Shown in pieces: positions 38,566-47,843 of a DNA stretch of 64,000 nucleotides. Position 1 is the first letter of the stretch; the number at the start of each line of letters is the position of its first letter. The position numbers and the translations under genes were made by a program. This DNA is from a virus (lineage: Duplodnaviria; Caudoviricetes), in IMG/VR virus record IMGVR_UViG_3300037041_001930. One strand, given 5' to 3'. The notes under the pieces were generated by a model. That model saw only the letters and a program-made list of their open reading frames with translations. It did no database searches and had not been told where the DNA came from.

Positions 38566-40974
38566 TCAAGAGGCCAACGCGGCATTTTCTCCGATTGTTA
38601 CGGTTTGATCAAAGAATCCCATAAGAGAGGCCTCATGGGTGACCACGATGACCTGCCGGTGGCTTGCCGCCGAAACCTTCTTGAGCTCGAGCAGCACGGT
38701 TTGCAGATTGTGGATATTGGTTTTGTCGAGGTAGCTGCTGGGTTCGTCGAGGACGATGAGCCCAGCATTCCTGGCAAAGGTATCTGACATGGCAACCCGG
38801 AAACTGGATGAGCCCACGATTTGTTCGCCACCACTGAGTCGGGCGGCATCCATCTCGGCTTCGGAGCCATCGGCATCTGGCTTCAGTGCCCTGAACTCCA
38901 TGTTCTCGTTGATCCAGAGGCGGAACGGGGCGTTCCACTTGTCGAGGTACCATCCGAGTTGGTTGTTGATGATCGCCGCATACTCCCGCATCGCCACTGC
39001 TGGCAAATTGGTGGGGTGCAGGATATCGCGAACCTTGGTCACGGTTTCCACCCAGGCTTGATCCCGGGCTTCCCGTCTCGCGGTATCCGCGAGACGCTCG
39101 GCTTCACCCTGACGCATGGTCACCGCGGCCAGATTGGCGGCATGGGTGGCCTCGGCTTGGGCCTGGGTCTTCCTGAGCTCGGCGAGACGACGTGTCGCCA
39201 CAACGGCGGCGTCGACTTCCTGAGGACTCGGGGCATCGAGTTGCTGACCCAGCGAGATCACCGCGGATTCCGCGGAAGCGACTTCGTTGTCCGCAGAAGC
39301 CAACCTGACCCCTGCGGTATCCCTGGTGCGCTGGAGCACGACATGGGCGTCCAGGGCAGCCCGGATCTGGGCGAGGTCGCGATCAATGGTCTCGATCTCA
39401 CCGGGTTCAGGAGTCGCGACACCACCCAGGGATTCCAGGAGGCGTTGGTTGGCCTGAATCGCCGTGATGGCCTGCTGGCGCTGGTACACCGCATTCCGCT
39501 TCGCCGTGAGGTCTGCGGATGCCGCGTTGGCCTTCGCCGTCGCCGCCCTGAGGTGCTCACTGAAGAAAGCTGCGGCCTGGACTGCGATCTCGTTGACTTT
39601 GGCGGTCGCGGCTTGGACGACACCCATACACCTGTTGATCTCCTGCCCCCTGGCGAACTCGAGATCATTTCGACGCTTCTCGCGCTGTACGGTGAGTTCA
39701 GCAATTGAGGACCGGATGCTCGCGATGTGGGCGGGGCCGCCTTTAACCTCCTGTTTGCAAGTCGGGCAGAACCCGGTCTCGAACCCCTGGATATCACCGG
39801 TGCGCCGGTTGATCTCCGCTGACATCGCGACGAGGTCGGCATCAGTGAGAACATTCCGTGCCTTGGCCTCCTCGAGGGCTCGTGTTGCGGCTTCCTTGGC
39901 AGCATTGGCTTCGATCTCCGCAGGGATCTGGGCACGGTTACCCCGCGCCGCGTTCTCCGCCGTGGCGAGCTCGGCATTCGCCGTCGCCGCAGCGATCTCG
40001 GCGGCCTGGCCTTCCTCTGCGGTGATCTCCGGAATCGTGGCCAGGGTGGCCTGATAGGATGCCACCGCGTTGGCCGCGTTTTGACGCTGGGTGACCTGGG
40101 AAAGCGCGACCTCGATCTGGGCCCTGCGCTTCCTGAGCCCGTCAGCCTTCTCGGGGAGTCCCTGGACGACATGTGACTCCAGGGCAGCCGTGGCCGCCGC
40201 GGCTTCCGATTTCGCTGAGGCCTGGGCCTGCAGGGCGGCTTGATGCCGTGCTGTGGCCTGCGCCAAGGCGGCGCCATGGCGTTGCGCGGCATCGGCACGC
40301 CTCAGGACCTCCTCAGCAGGCAACAGGGCCTCGATGGCGGCCTTTCCGGCCGCACAGGCTTCCTGGGAGACCGCAACCTCGGATTTCGCCGCGGTGAGGC
40401 GCTCCGCTGAATCCTTGAGGGCCTGGGAGAGCCCTGGGGTCAGCGTGTACTTCGCGGCTTCCTCGCCGAGATAGCGATGTGCATCGGCGACGCCCTGGAG
40501 ACCGAAGACACGCTGGAACTCTTTGAGCCGATCCCCGGGACGCTGGAAGAGCACGGCGTTGATGGCACCCTGGGGCACCAAGACGGCATCGAGGAGAACC
40601 TTGGCGGTGGAACCCGTGAGGGCGTTCAGCGTGGTCTGGATCTCAGCAGCCTTGATGAGCTTCTGCTCACCCCCCGTGTTGTCCTCCCATGACATCTCGG
40701 CCTTCGCCGAAGTGATCCACCGCTTCAGGTAGTAGTCGGTGTCCCCGAATCGGATGACACCTTCGACCCACCCTGTCTTCGCGCCCCAGCGGAGATTGTC
40801 TTCCTTCTTCCCTGGGTTGTTGGATTCCCCGGTGAGCAGGAATCGGATAGCGTCGAGGAAGTTGGACTTCCCGCGACCATTGGATCCAATGATCCCGTTG
40901 AGGCCGGCGCCGAGTTCAACGGTGACATCCTCGTGCTGGCAGTAGTTGCGAAGTGTTACTGTTTTGATGAACAT
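38566..40974 (-). CDS. sbcC: SbcC/Rad50-like SMC ATPase
   Basis: GSNGRGKS, Q-loop PQG, Zn hook CPTC, signature LSGGE, Walker B LDEP, H-loop VTHE, long coiled coils. Confidence 0.93.
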   Translation of the reverse strand: MFIKTVTLRNYCQHEDVTVELGAGLNGIIGSNGRGKSNFLDAIRFLLTGESNNPGKKEDNLRWGAKTGWVEGVIRFGDTDYYLKRWITSAKAEMSWEDNTGGEQKLIKAAEIQTTLNALTGSTAKVLLDAVLVPQGAINAVLFQRPGDRLKEFQRVFGLQGVADAHRYLGEEAAKYTLTPGLSQALKDSAERLTAAKSEVAVSQEACAAGKAAIEALLPAEEVLRRADAAQRHGAALAQATARHQAALQAQASAKSEAAAATAALESHVVQGLPEKADGLRKRRAQIEVALSQVTQRQNAANAVASYQATLATIPEITAEEGQAAEIAAATANAELATAENAARGNRAQIPAEIEANAAKEAATRALEEAKARNVLTDADLVAMSAEINRRTGDIQGFETGFCPTCKQEVKGGPAHIASIRSSIAELTVQREKRRNDLEFARGQEINRCMGVVQAATAKVNEIAVQAAAFFSEHLRAATAKANAASADLTAKRNAVYQRQQAITAIQANQRLLESLGGVATPEPGEIETIDRDLAQIRAALDAHVVLQRTRDTAGVRLASADNEVASAESAVISLGQQLDAPSPQEVDAAVVATRRLAELRKTQAQAEATHAANLAAVTMRQGEAERLADTARREARDQAWVETVTKVRDILHPTNLPAVAMREYAAIINNQLGWYLDKWNAPFRLWINENMEFRALKPDADGSEAEMDAARLSGGEQIVGSSSFRVAMSDTFARNAGLIVLDEPSSYLDKTNIHNLQTVLLELKKVSAASHRQVIVVTHEASLMGFFDQTVTIGENAALAS

Positions 40975-40984
40975 AGAGTCCTTT

Positions 40985-41239
40985 CTACCATTCGACTGCA
41001 GCGCATAGTGCCTTGAATCCCTGGGAGCGCCGGACACCAGAGATGTCTTCGACATCCGAGAACACCTGATTGGCGAGTTCACGGCTTACCTGGGCCCCGC
41101 CTTGTGGCGAGAATGCCCAGGTGTCGTCTTCACCCACGATGGCTACCTTTCTGAGACTGGGGTCCTCGTAGCCATTGACGAAGATAAACAACTTCTCGGT
41201 CTTCGGGGATCTCCACTTATTCAGGCGTAGGCGTGCCAT
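40985..41239 (-). CDS. hypothetical protein
   Basis: MARLRLNK with GGAGG RBS. Confidence 0.55.
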   Translation of the reverse strand: MARLRLNKWRSPKTEKLFIFVNGYEDPSLRKVAIVGEDDTWAFSPQGGAQVSRELANQVFSDVEDISGVRRSQGFKALCAAVEW

Positions 41240-41753
41240 TGTTACCCCTCCTGAACGCCTCCTGTGCTCCGCCCAATCCCATGCCACTCACGTAACCTGG
41301 GTTGTTGATGTCGGTCCAGGCGCGAACTCGGGCGACCCCGTTCTGCTGCTCGATGAGTAGCGGGGCACCCCCGTTGACAACTCCCCCCATTGCACTGCAA
41401 GTCCCATACCCCTTGAACCCAACCTCGATACCGTCACAGGTGATTTCAATGTGGCCGTCGAGAACACTGCCATCACCCCCAGCGGAGCAAAGCGAGAACG
41501 GTATTGGGCACTGATTCCCGGGGTGCTCGCGTAGCCTGTTGAACGCACGTCGCACCCGCATGGTGACCACGATGAGTTCCTCGAGTATGAGATCAAAGTG
41601 ATCCAGGGCCTCCTTGGAGACCTCGCCGTGGTCATTCTCCGAGTTCGAGATGTGGTCCTCGAGGAGATCGGAGACCAGGCGAGCCTCGGTACCCTCGGGG
41701 TTCGCGAGCTTCTGTTGTAATTCGTCAAAGATTTCAAGTGGGGTCTTGCCCAT
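41217..41753 (-). CDS. hypothetical protein
   Basis: MGKTPLE with AAGGAG RBS. Confidence 0.6.
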   Translation of the reverse strand: MGKTPLEIFDELQQKLANPEGTEARLVSDLLEDHISNSENDHGEVSKEALDHFDLILEELIVVTMRVRRAFNRLREHPGNQCPIPFSLCSAGGDGSVLDGHIEITCDGIEVGFKGYGTCSAMGGVVNGGAPLLIEQQNGVARVRAWTDINNPGYVSGMGLGGAQEAFRRGNNGTPTPE

Positions 41754-42285
41754 CTTTTGTCTCCTTTTTCCTGAGTTGTTTAATATGTGGCACCCAGACC
41801 CCCTCGTCTTTCCTCGATGACTCCATGTCCTCGAGGCGCAGGGATTCCGCGATACTCGCGGCGTGCTCACGTGATTTCGCGTTGACCACATGAGTCTTCG
41901 TGCTCACCTTGTAGAAAGTGACCTCGAAATCAGCGGTTTCCCCGGGGGCCAGGAGACGTGGAGGCAGCAGGGCCTCCCAGCCTATCGGGGTCACCTGAGT
42001 GGGCCGCGGTTTCGCCTTGGGATCAATGGGGCTGCCATAGCGCCATTCCCCGTCATGGATCTCCAGCTCCTGTGCCTTGGTCATCGCGGCGAGCTCGGAC
42101 TCGGCTTCAACGAGCACGTTGGCATGAACCACCGCAGGCATCGTGAACCGCACCGAGTAGGTTCGATTCAGCATTTGCTTGGCATACTCGTTGCCGGCCT
42201 CCATGGCCTGTTTGGCTGCCACGGGGTCATTGAGGATGCTGAGAAACAGACGATTGATGGCGTCTGGTGGTTTAGCGCCGCTCAT
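41734..42285 (-). CDS. hypothetical protein, two DpnD/PcfM-like repeats
   Basis: YSVRF..VEAESELAA and FEVTF..VNAKSREHAA. Confidence 0.55.
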   Translation of the reverse strand: MSGAKPPDAINRLFLSILNDPVAAKQAMEAGNEYAKQMLNRTYSVRFTMPAVVHANVLVEAESELAAMTKAQELEIHDGEWRYGSPIDPKAKPRPTQVTPIGWEALLPPRLLAPGETADFEVTFYKVSTKTHVVNAKSREHAASIAESLRLEDMESSRKDEGVWVPHIKQLRKKETKDGQDPT

Positions 42286-42637
42286 ACAGCCTCCGAGGAC
42301 GGGGTGACCGCTTGTGCCACGTGATGAGACCAGGGGCGTCGTATTCAAACTTGCTCTGGGCCTCCGCACGTGAGTACGCCCGGGCGAACATCTGGAAAGT
42401 CTCATCCCCATCGAAACCATTGGTGGCACACCAGAGATCATTGGGGCCACCCCAATACGCACCCCCGGAGTCGTAGCCCTGGCACAGGCGTACCCGGAAA
42501 CAATACGCGGGGGCCTTGAAGCATTCTGTCTGCGTGATATCGAGGCCCTCACTGCAGGGGGTCTTCCGAGGCCACGGTGGGCGCCCCATTGGGCTCCCAC
42601 GTGAAGTATCTAATTCTGGCAATTTAGGCGTAGGCAT
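42272..42637 (-). CDS. hypothetical phage protein
   Basis: GYDSGGAYWG motif; AAGGAG RBS. Confidence 0.65.
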   Translation of the reverse strand: MPTPKLPELDTSRGSPMGRPPWPRKTPCSEGLDITQTECFKAPAYCFRVRLCQGYDSGGAYWGGPNDLWCATNGFDGDETFQMFARAYSRAEAQSKFEYDAPGLITWHKRSPRPRRLYERR

Positions 42638-42654
42638 CGCCGACTCCTTATTGG

Positions 42655-42864
42655 TTAAATGATCTGCCAGGTCGTCGTGTTGACCGTCTTCATGCCTTTC
42701 GAGCACGGGAACGTGACCTTGGCTCGCTTCTGCCCGGATTCCTTTGGCCACCGGACACCAATGCAGGCGCCTCCGCAGCCCTCGAGACGACAGCACCGCA
42801 CTGATCCCGTGGTCTCCCCCTTGAGGGTACCACACCGACTCAACACAAACTTAGGTGGCCGCAT
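42655..42864 (-). CDS. small Cys-rich hypothetical protein
   Basis: CCRLEGC..VRWP..PCSKG; GGAGG upstream. Confidence 0.55.
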   Translation of the reverse strand: MRPPKFVLSRCGTLKGETTGSVRCCRLEGCGGACIGVRWPKESGQKRAKVTFPCSKGMKTVNTTTWQII

Positions 42865-43258
42865 GATCCACCTCCAATACACAGGATTCCCATTTGGCGA
42901 TTTCAGCGTGGTGCTCGGCAAGGGTGGCACAGTAGCAATCCTTGATGGCCTGCACCATCACTGCCTTGCAGGCCTCGACGTCTTCCATGGCGCAGTAAGC
43001 AAACCCCTTAATAACCTTGCCGTAGTCCATGCACTCATGCTTTTCAGCGATGCCGTAGACGTGTTTTGACGACAGCGAATTGCCCCCGGCGACGAAGTCA
43101 CTGCCGGGGCCATGCGTGCTCCCCCTGCCGTAGGACACCGCCATCTCGTGTGTCGTTACCTCGATCTTTTTACCGGGCTCCAGGCGGACATTGACGTCCA
43201 ACATGGGGAACCCATCCATCTTGCGGAAGTCGTCGGGGAGGTTTTGTGATTTCGTCAT
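42851..43258 (-). CDS. hypothetical protein
   Basis: MTKSQN with GGGAG RBS. Confidence 0.6.
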   Translation of the reverse strand: MTKSQNLPDDFRKMDGFPMLDVNVRLEPGKKIEVTTHEMAVSYGRGSTHGPGSDFVAGGNSLSSKHVYGIAEKHECMDYGKVIKGFAYCAMEDVEACKAVMVQAIKDCYCATLAEHHAEIAKWESCVLEVDHAAT

Positions 43259-43446
43259 GGTGCTCCCTGCTTTCTGCATTCCTTAATGTGGTCTTCAGTG
43301 AAACCCCGCCCTGCCGCCACGGCTTCAGCGATGGCGAGATCCTCGCGGTGGTTGTTCTTGTGCTCGCTGTGGATGATGTTGGCGAGTTGACGATCCGTGG
43401 CCTGCTGACAGAACGCACGGAAATCGTCGGAGTCGTATTGTGACAT
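43255..43446 (-). CDS. small helical protein, paralog of C-terminus of 43826..44383
   Basis: 26/50 identities by manual alignment. Confidence 0.7.
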   Translation of the reverse strand: MSQYDSDDFRAFCQQATDRQLANIIHSEHKNNHREDLAIAEAVAAGRGFTEDHIKECRKQGAP

Positions 43447-43449
43447 GGG

Positions 43450-43821
43450 TCACTCCAGTTGCTTGGAATAGTCAGGGAGAGGAACCGCCTCGAACTTATC
43501 GAAGAGGTAACCCTCTGACTTCGTGTAATTCTTTCGGGTGAATGCGCCCACAATGCAGATCTCCTTCGGAGGGTGCCTGCGATACTTTGCGGGGTTCCCC
43601 GCTGTGCCGAGACCAAATAGCCAGGTCTCAAACTCGGACTCCGTCATCGTGGTATCCACGAACACCTTGGTGTATCCGGCGTCCTCTCGGTAGGCGCCTT
43701 GGGACTCAAACGCCAGGATGTCCTTCTTTCGTTGTAGTGCACGTAACAGGGGGCGTAGAGTATCCGTCTGGACATCAACTCCGAGGAAGTGAATGACTTG
43801 CTCACATATGGTATCTACCAT
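43450..43821 (-). CDS. hypothetical protein
   Basis: MVDTICE with GGAG RBS. Confidence 0.6.
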   Translation of the reverse strand: MVDTICEQVIHFLGVDVQTDTLRPLLRALQRKKDILAFESQGAYREDAGYTKVFVDTTMTESEFETWLFGLGTAGNPAKYRRHPPKEICIVGAFTRKNYTKSEGYLFDKFEAVPLPDYSKQLE

Positions 43822-43825
43822 GCGG

Positions 43826-44383
43826 TCACTCCATTTCTCTGGGGTAGAATTTAGATGGCAGCGAGCCTTCAGGGAGTTTTCCACCCCGGAACTCCTCGAT
43901 GGCCTGCTCGCTGAACCCACGCCGGCGCGCCACCTTCTCGGCGATCAGGAGGTCTTCAGTCCTCTTGTTCTTGTACTCCTCGTAGATGACATGCGCGAGC
44001 TGATTCTCCATGACCTGTTCGCAGACCAGCCGAAATGGGAGCTGTTCTATCTTCTCTTCCTTACGACAGTTGTCATAAGTCGGAGAAGTGTAGTCATAGT
44101 TCGTCCATGCTGCTATGGGTACCTGGATTAAACCATCAACATCCCAATTCAGGAGATCTCGAAACCAACGTGGTAGTGCTGCTTCGTCTAAATCTTTCCC
44201 ACGTGAGTAAACAGACCAGGAGCCCATGCCTGAATCAAATGCGTAACCATACTTATCACAGAATGGCTTGACATAGTCCTCGAAAATATCCTTGGCGATG
44301 CTATCAATCTCAGCATGAATAGCATCACATCTCTTTTGGAACGCTGGGATCCCCTTGCGGGGCTTGTACTTGTAGAACCCCAT
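43826..44383 (-). CDS. two-domain hypothetical protein
   Basis: MGFYKYK with AAGGAG RBS; lower-GC N-terminal half; C-terminal domain paralogous to 43255..43446. Confidence 0.7.
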   Translation of the reverse strand: MGFYKYKPRKGIPAFQKRCDAIHAEIDSIAKDIFEDYVKPFCDKYGYAFDSGMGSWSVYSRGKDLDEAALPRWFRDLLNWDVDGLIQVPIAAWTNYDYTSPTYDNCRKEEKIEQLPFRLVCEQVMENQLAHVIYEEYKNKRTEDLLIAEKVARRRGFSEQAIEEFRGGKLPEGSLPSKFYPREME

Positions 44384-44729
44384 TCGTGATCTCCTTTTTA
44401 GGAAGCGGTTTGTCGAACTGATCCAGACCTTTGGCGTCCTGGCAGCGCGGGCAATACCGGCGACGGCAATCCCCAAACATGTCGACCACGCTACCACAGG
44501 GAAACGTGCCTCCGTTGGTACCCGCGAGATGTGTGGGGGCTCCACAGCCCCCGTTGTCTGGGGGTGGGAGTGCCTTGAACCTGAAACCCATGCAGACACC
44601 CCCGGCTTCCGACGCCGCAGCGGAGTGGGGGTCCCCTGGGATCCCCACTGGGGTCTGCTTAGCGGAAGCCGCGCGTCGACGCCTCACCGCGGCATCACGG
44701 AGTTTGCGTTCTTCTGGAGAATCCATCAT
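44325..44729 (-). CDS. Cys-rich hypothetical protein
   Basis: GC..GTNGGTFPCG..YCPRC. Confidence 0.55.
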   Translation of the reverse strand: MMDSPEERKLRDAAVRRRRAASAKQTPVGIPGDPHSAAASEAGGVCMGFRFKALPPPDNGGCGAPTHLAGTNGGTFPCGSVVDMFGDCRRRYCPRCQDAKGLDQFDKPLPKKEITNGVLQVQAPQGDPSVPKEM

Positions 44730-44737
44730 GAAAGGTC

Positions 44738-45175
44738 TCATCCCTGTTCTCCTGGTGCCGGGGTGTCGACGGGATACACATGGTTGTCCCATTGGGTAAC
44801 CGTAGCCATGGTTTCACCTGTAAACTCGGCATCCCCCATTGCATTTGGGGCCACGTTATTGAGGCGTTGCTTGATCTCAGCGACGACCCCGTCTAGCCCT
44901 TTGGGAGGAACCAAAGTGAGATCGTATTCAACCTCGATTACGAGCTTGAAACGTGGTCGCAGTTTATTCTCGATGTCGTCGCGCCAGTCCACTGGAACCC
45001 CGGTGAGTTCCCGAGGCGGCACCACGGCGACAATGGTACCGCTGGGATCCCCGAGTTCAGTCAGCGCCACGAACTCGTCACCGACAGCAGCGACGCGGAT
45101 GTACCGCGATGACGTGCCGCCATCGGGGTCCTCCCAGAACACTGGAGCTCCTACTTTGACGTCTTTCTTTCGCAT
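44738..45175 (-). CDS. hypothetical protein
   Basis: VGAPVFWEDPD N-terminus; AAGGAG RBS. Confidence 0.65.
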   Translation of the reverse strand: MRKKDVKVGAPVFWEDPDGGTSSRYIRVAAVGDEFVALTELGDPSGTIVAVVPPRELTGVPVDWRDDIENKLRPRFKLVIEVEYDLTLVPPKGLDGVVAEIKQRLNNVAPNAMGDAEFTGETMATVTQWDNHVYPVDTPAPGEQG

Positions 45176-45369
45176 GTCACGTCTCCTTGAGATGGTTTGA
45201 TTTCAAGCACTGGAAGAATTTGATCTACAAAACCTGGACCGCGAAGCCTGGCGTTGAACCGACTAAAGTATTTCCGGAAGTGCGCCCACTCCCTGATCTT
45301 GTGCTCCCTGACCTCAGCGAGGGCCCTGGCCATATTGTAGCCAGGGCCCCGCATGCCGCGATGTTTCAT
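45151..45369 (-). CDS. small hypothetical protein
   Basis: Co-directional ORF filling the gap. Confidence 0.45.
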   Translation of the reverse strand: MKHRGMRGPGYNMARALAEVREHKIREWAHFRKYFSRFNARLRGPGFVDQILPVLEIKPSQGDVTCERKTSK

Positions 45370-45372
45370 GGG

Positions 45373-45777
45373 CTACCCATCCTTGAGTTTACGAAGCAGG
45401 TCTACCCACTTCTTGGTGGGTCTCCGTCTGAGCTTCTTCGCATCCTTGAGGCCAAGAAAACTGACGGCATCACATGAACCACACGCGAGGCCTCCGCGCT
45501 TATTAACCCACACTGAAACCATGAACCCGAGTTGCTCGGCCTGGGCCTCAGCCCAGTTTTGATTCCCGGTATCCTTGGAATCAATATCGTCGATATACCA
45601 CTTGACAGCATCAGAAACAATTACTGCCATGGCCCTGGATGACAGCAAGGTGTAGGGCCAATTTGTTTCCTGTTCGGGCCTACATTGGATCACTGTCTTC
45701 GCGACAATGCGAGGAGATCCCCCGGTTTGCCGGAGACGTGGGATTATGAAACGATACCGCTTTTCAGACTTCTTCAT
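45373..45777 (-). CDS. hypothetical protein
   Basis: GGAGG RBS, ATGA overlap. Confidence 0.6.
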   Translation of the reverse strand: MKKSEKRYRFIIPRLRQTGGSPRIVAKTVIQCRPEQETNWPYTLLSSRAMAVIVSDAVKWYIDDIDSKDTGNQNWAEAQAEQLGFMVSVWVNKRGGLACGSCDAVSFLGLKDAKKLRRRPTKKWVDLLRKLKDG

Positions 45778-46196
45778 GATACCACCTCCCCATTGAGGAG
45801 CACTGCGGCAACAATGAGTTCGTTGCCATCCTCAGCTGCTTTCGCCTTCGCGGCGGCTTCGGCGGCCTGTGGTGACGCCGCCCAGAACTCATCCCAGTAG
45901 CGCTGATTATTATCCGCGTAAATCGCGACGACCTGATACAGCCTGGTGGGGACCTTACTGGGTTCCAGGAGACCCAGCTCATCGAAGGCTTGCGAGAGAG
46001 TATCGCAGACATCGGATCCGGGTGCGAAATCAGCGGTGGTCTCAATGGACCCATTGACGGGGTCATAAGGTGCCCAGAGCTCCCTGCAACCACTGCTGTA
46101 CAGGAAGATGATGAGATGCAAGGCAAAATCCTGCAATATACGTGGTTCGAGTTGCTGGATGCGCTCGGTGAGATCGGAAATCATAACTGTGCTCAT
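45774..46196 (-). CDS. hypothetical protein
   Basis: MSTVMI with GGAG RBS. Confidence 0.6.
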   Translation of the reverse strand: MSTVMISDLTERIQQLEPRILQDFALHLIIFLYSSGCRELWAPYDPVNGSIETTADFAPGSDVCDTLSQAFDELGLLEPSKVPTRLYQVVAIYADNNQRYWDEFWAASPQAAEAAAKAKAAEDGNELIVAAVLLNGEVVS

Positions 46197-46705
46197 GACT
46201 CCACCTCGTCCCATGCCGCATCCACGGCGTCTTCAATACTGGTGTGCACACACTTGATGGTGCGGTCGCCGTCTTCGCAATCATCGGGTCCCGTGACATA
46301 CCAGCGGGGGGCGCTCTGATCGGCTTGCATGGGGCAGGGGTGCACTGAGTACCCCTGGGGTAACGCGTAGCCATGCTCGGGGGCCTCGACGTACCAGGTC
46401 GCCGTACCATCGGCGTGATGTACCGCGCGGGTCTCAATCTTACCCGGCATCGAACAGTCCGTGACGACCCGCCAGCCGTTACACTCGGCGTAGATTTTCT
46501 CGATGACAGCTCGAAACGACATATCGTCGGTGCTGTTCTCGTAGTCGGGCTCCAGGGGGTGCCAATGCGTGATCCGCCACTTGGCGTGCTTGCGAAACGG
46601 GGTGTACGCCCACATCTCGCCGGTCTTGGGGTCCGTAACAATAATTGAGGTCCGGTGGGTATGCGTGGCATCCAGCACCGTGAACAAATCGGGTTCATTG
46701 CTCAT
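46193..46705 (-). CDS. hypothetical protein
   Basis: GAGGAG RBS, ATGA overlaps. Confidence 0.65.
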   Translation of the reverse strand: MSNEPDLFTVLDATHTHRTSIIVTDPKTGEMWAYTPFRKHAKWRITHWHPLEPDYENSTDDMSFRAVIEKIYAECNGWRVVTDCSMPGKIETRAVHHADGTATWYVEAPEHGYALPQGYSVHPCPMQADQSAPRWYVTGPDDCEDGDRTIKCVHTSIEDAVDAAWDEVES

Positions 46706-47037
46706 TTGGGGCTCCTCTTGTATTTGCTAAGAAGGAAACGGAGATTTGACTCCCACTGGGCTATACTGCGTTGGGGGAACTGCTGATCCAGAACTAACAC
46801 CGCGGTGACATCTGGGACACCACATGCGGAACCGCAGCGCTGCTGCACCCATCGCGAGATAATGTACGCAGTGAGCTGCGCGTGCGCAGCATATCTCTGT
46901 GCGGTATCGCCTCCCTTCAGACATCTGTAATGACTGACTAAATCATAGACTATGCCTGCCATGTCCGGCACAGTGATAGATTTATAGTAGAGTCGCTCGG
47001 GGCGCTCAAGTGACTCAGGGTCGGGTTTGCGTGGCAT
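46702..47037 (-). CDS. hypothetical protein
   Basis: MPRKPD with AAGGG RBS. Confidence 0.5.
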   Translation of the reverse strand: MPRKPDPESLERPERLYYKSITVPDMAGIVYDLVSHYRCLKGGDTAQRYAAHAQLTAYIISRWVQQRCGSACGVPDVTAVLVLDQQFPQRSIAQWESNLRFLLSKYKRSPK

Positions 47038-47281
47038 CGTTGGACCCCTTCCCTGGCTCAAAGAACACACCTTCGGGGAAGTAGAACTTGCCGTCTGTGG
47101 CGCGCACCATCGTCTTGAGACGCTCAACCTCAGAAGGCGGCATCACAAATGAAAGCATGTCAATGAGTACATGATACGTGGACTCCCGAATACCCTCGTC
47201 GGAGCCCAACAAATCATTTGTCAGCACAACAACAGCAGCTTTGGTGTGATTCGCTATCGTAGATAAATCTGGAGTAGTCAT
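47015..47281 (-). CDS. hypothetical protein
   Basis: 88-aa co-directional ORF. Confidence 0.55.
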   Translation of the reverse strand: MTTPDLSTIANHTKAAVVVLTNDLLGSDEGIRESTYHVLIDMLSFVMPPSEVERLKTMVRATDGKFYFPEGVFFEPGKGSNDATQTRP

Positions 47282-47311
47282 TAGATGACTTCACTTCCTG
47301 AGGCCAGGGCC

Positions 47312-47566
47312 TCACTTCAGGTTTTTAACACAGGGGAGATTGGCGGCCTTGGCTTCTGCCAACAAGGTCTCAATCTTCACGATGACATCAGCGGTGGCCT
47401 CGGGGAGACAGCCGTTCTCGAGATTATCATAATCGGAATCCGAGATGTCACGCCATTGCAGGATGGCGCCACCGGTTCCCGAGAACGCGGCGTCGTCTTC
47501 AAGGACCAACAGGGTCTGGGGGATGGGGAGTGGTTTCGACCTCTTCGACTTCTTTTTCTTGGGCAC
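47312..47566 (-). CDS. hypothetical protein
   Basis: GTG start 47566 with AAGGAG RBS (MPKKKKSK...). Confidence 0.5.
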   Translation of the reverse strand: MPKKKKSKRSKPLPIPQTLLVLEDDAAFSGTGGAILQWRDISDSDYDNLENGCLPEATADVIVKIETLLAEAKAANLPCVKNLK

Positions 47567-47843
47567 TGGGGTTCTCCTTCGCGATTCTCGCGAGTATGAG
47601 GTTTCGTATGGGGTGGCCATGTTTGAGTTCAGTGCCGTCCAGGAAATCCTGGACGGCACTGAACCCGTCTTTGCCGGCGGCGACGGCTTCCACGAAGACT
47701 CCATGGCTGAGGGCCATGAAGCCTCGTGGATTCGTGTAGCCATGCAGGATCCGGGAGTGTGAGTGATACTTGGGGGCCGGGATCTCACGTGGGATCTCGT
47801 GCCCCCGAATCACCCTGGTGTCGCCTACCCAGGTGTACGGCAT
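47499..47843 (-). CDS. hypothetical protein
   Basis: GGAGG RBS; overlaps both neighbours. Confidence 0.5.
   Translation of the reverse strand: MPYTWVGDTRVIRGHEIPREIPAPKYHSHSRILHGYTNPRGFMALSHGVFVEAVAAGKDGFSAVQDFLDGTELKHGHPIRNLILARIAKENPSAQEKEVEEVETTPHPPDPVGP

Noticed and set aside
6550-47843. Weak similarity between the C-terminus of 6550..7851 (IRDFMLARI) and 47499..47843 (IRNLILARI)
   Set aside because: Too short to distinguish from chance
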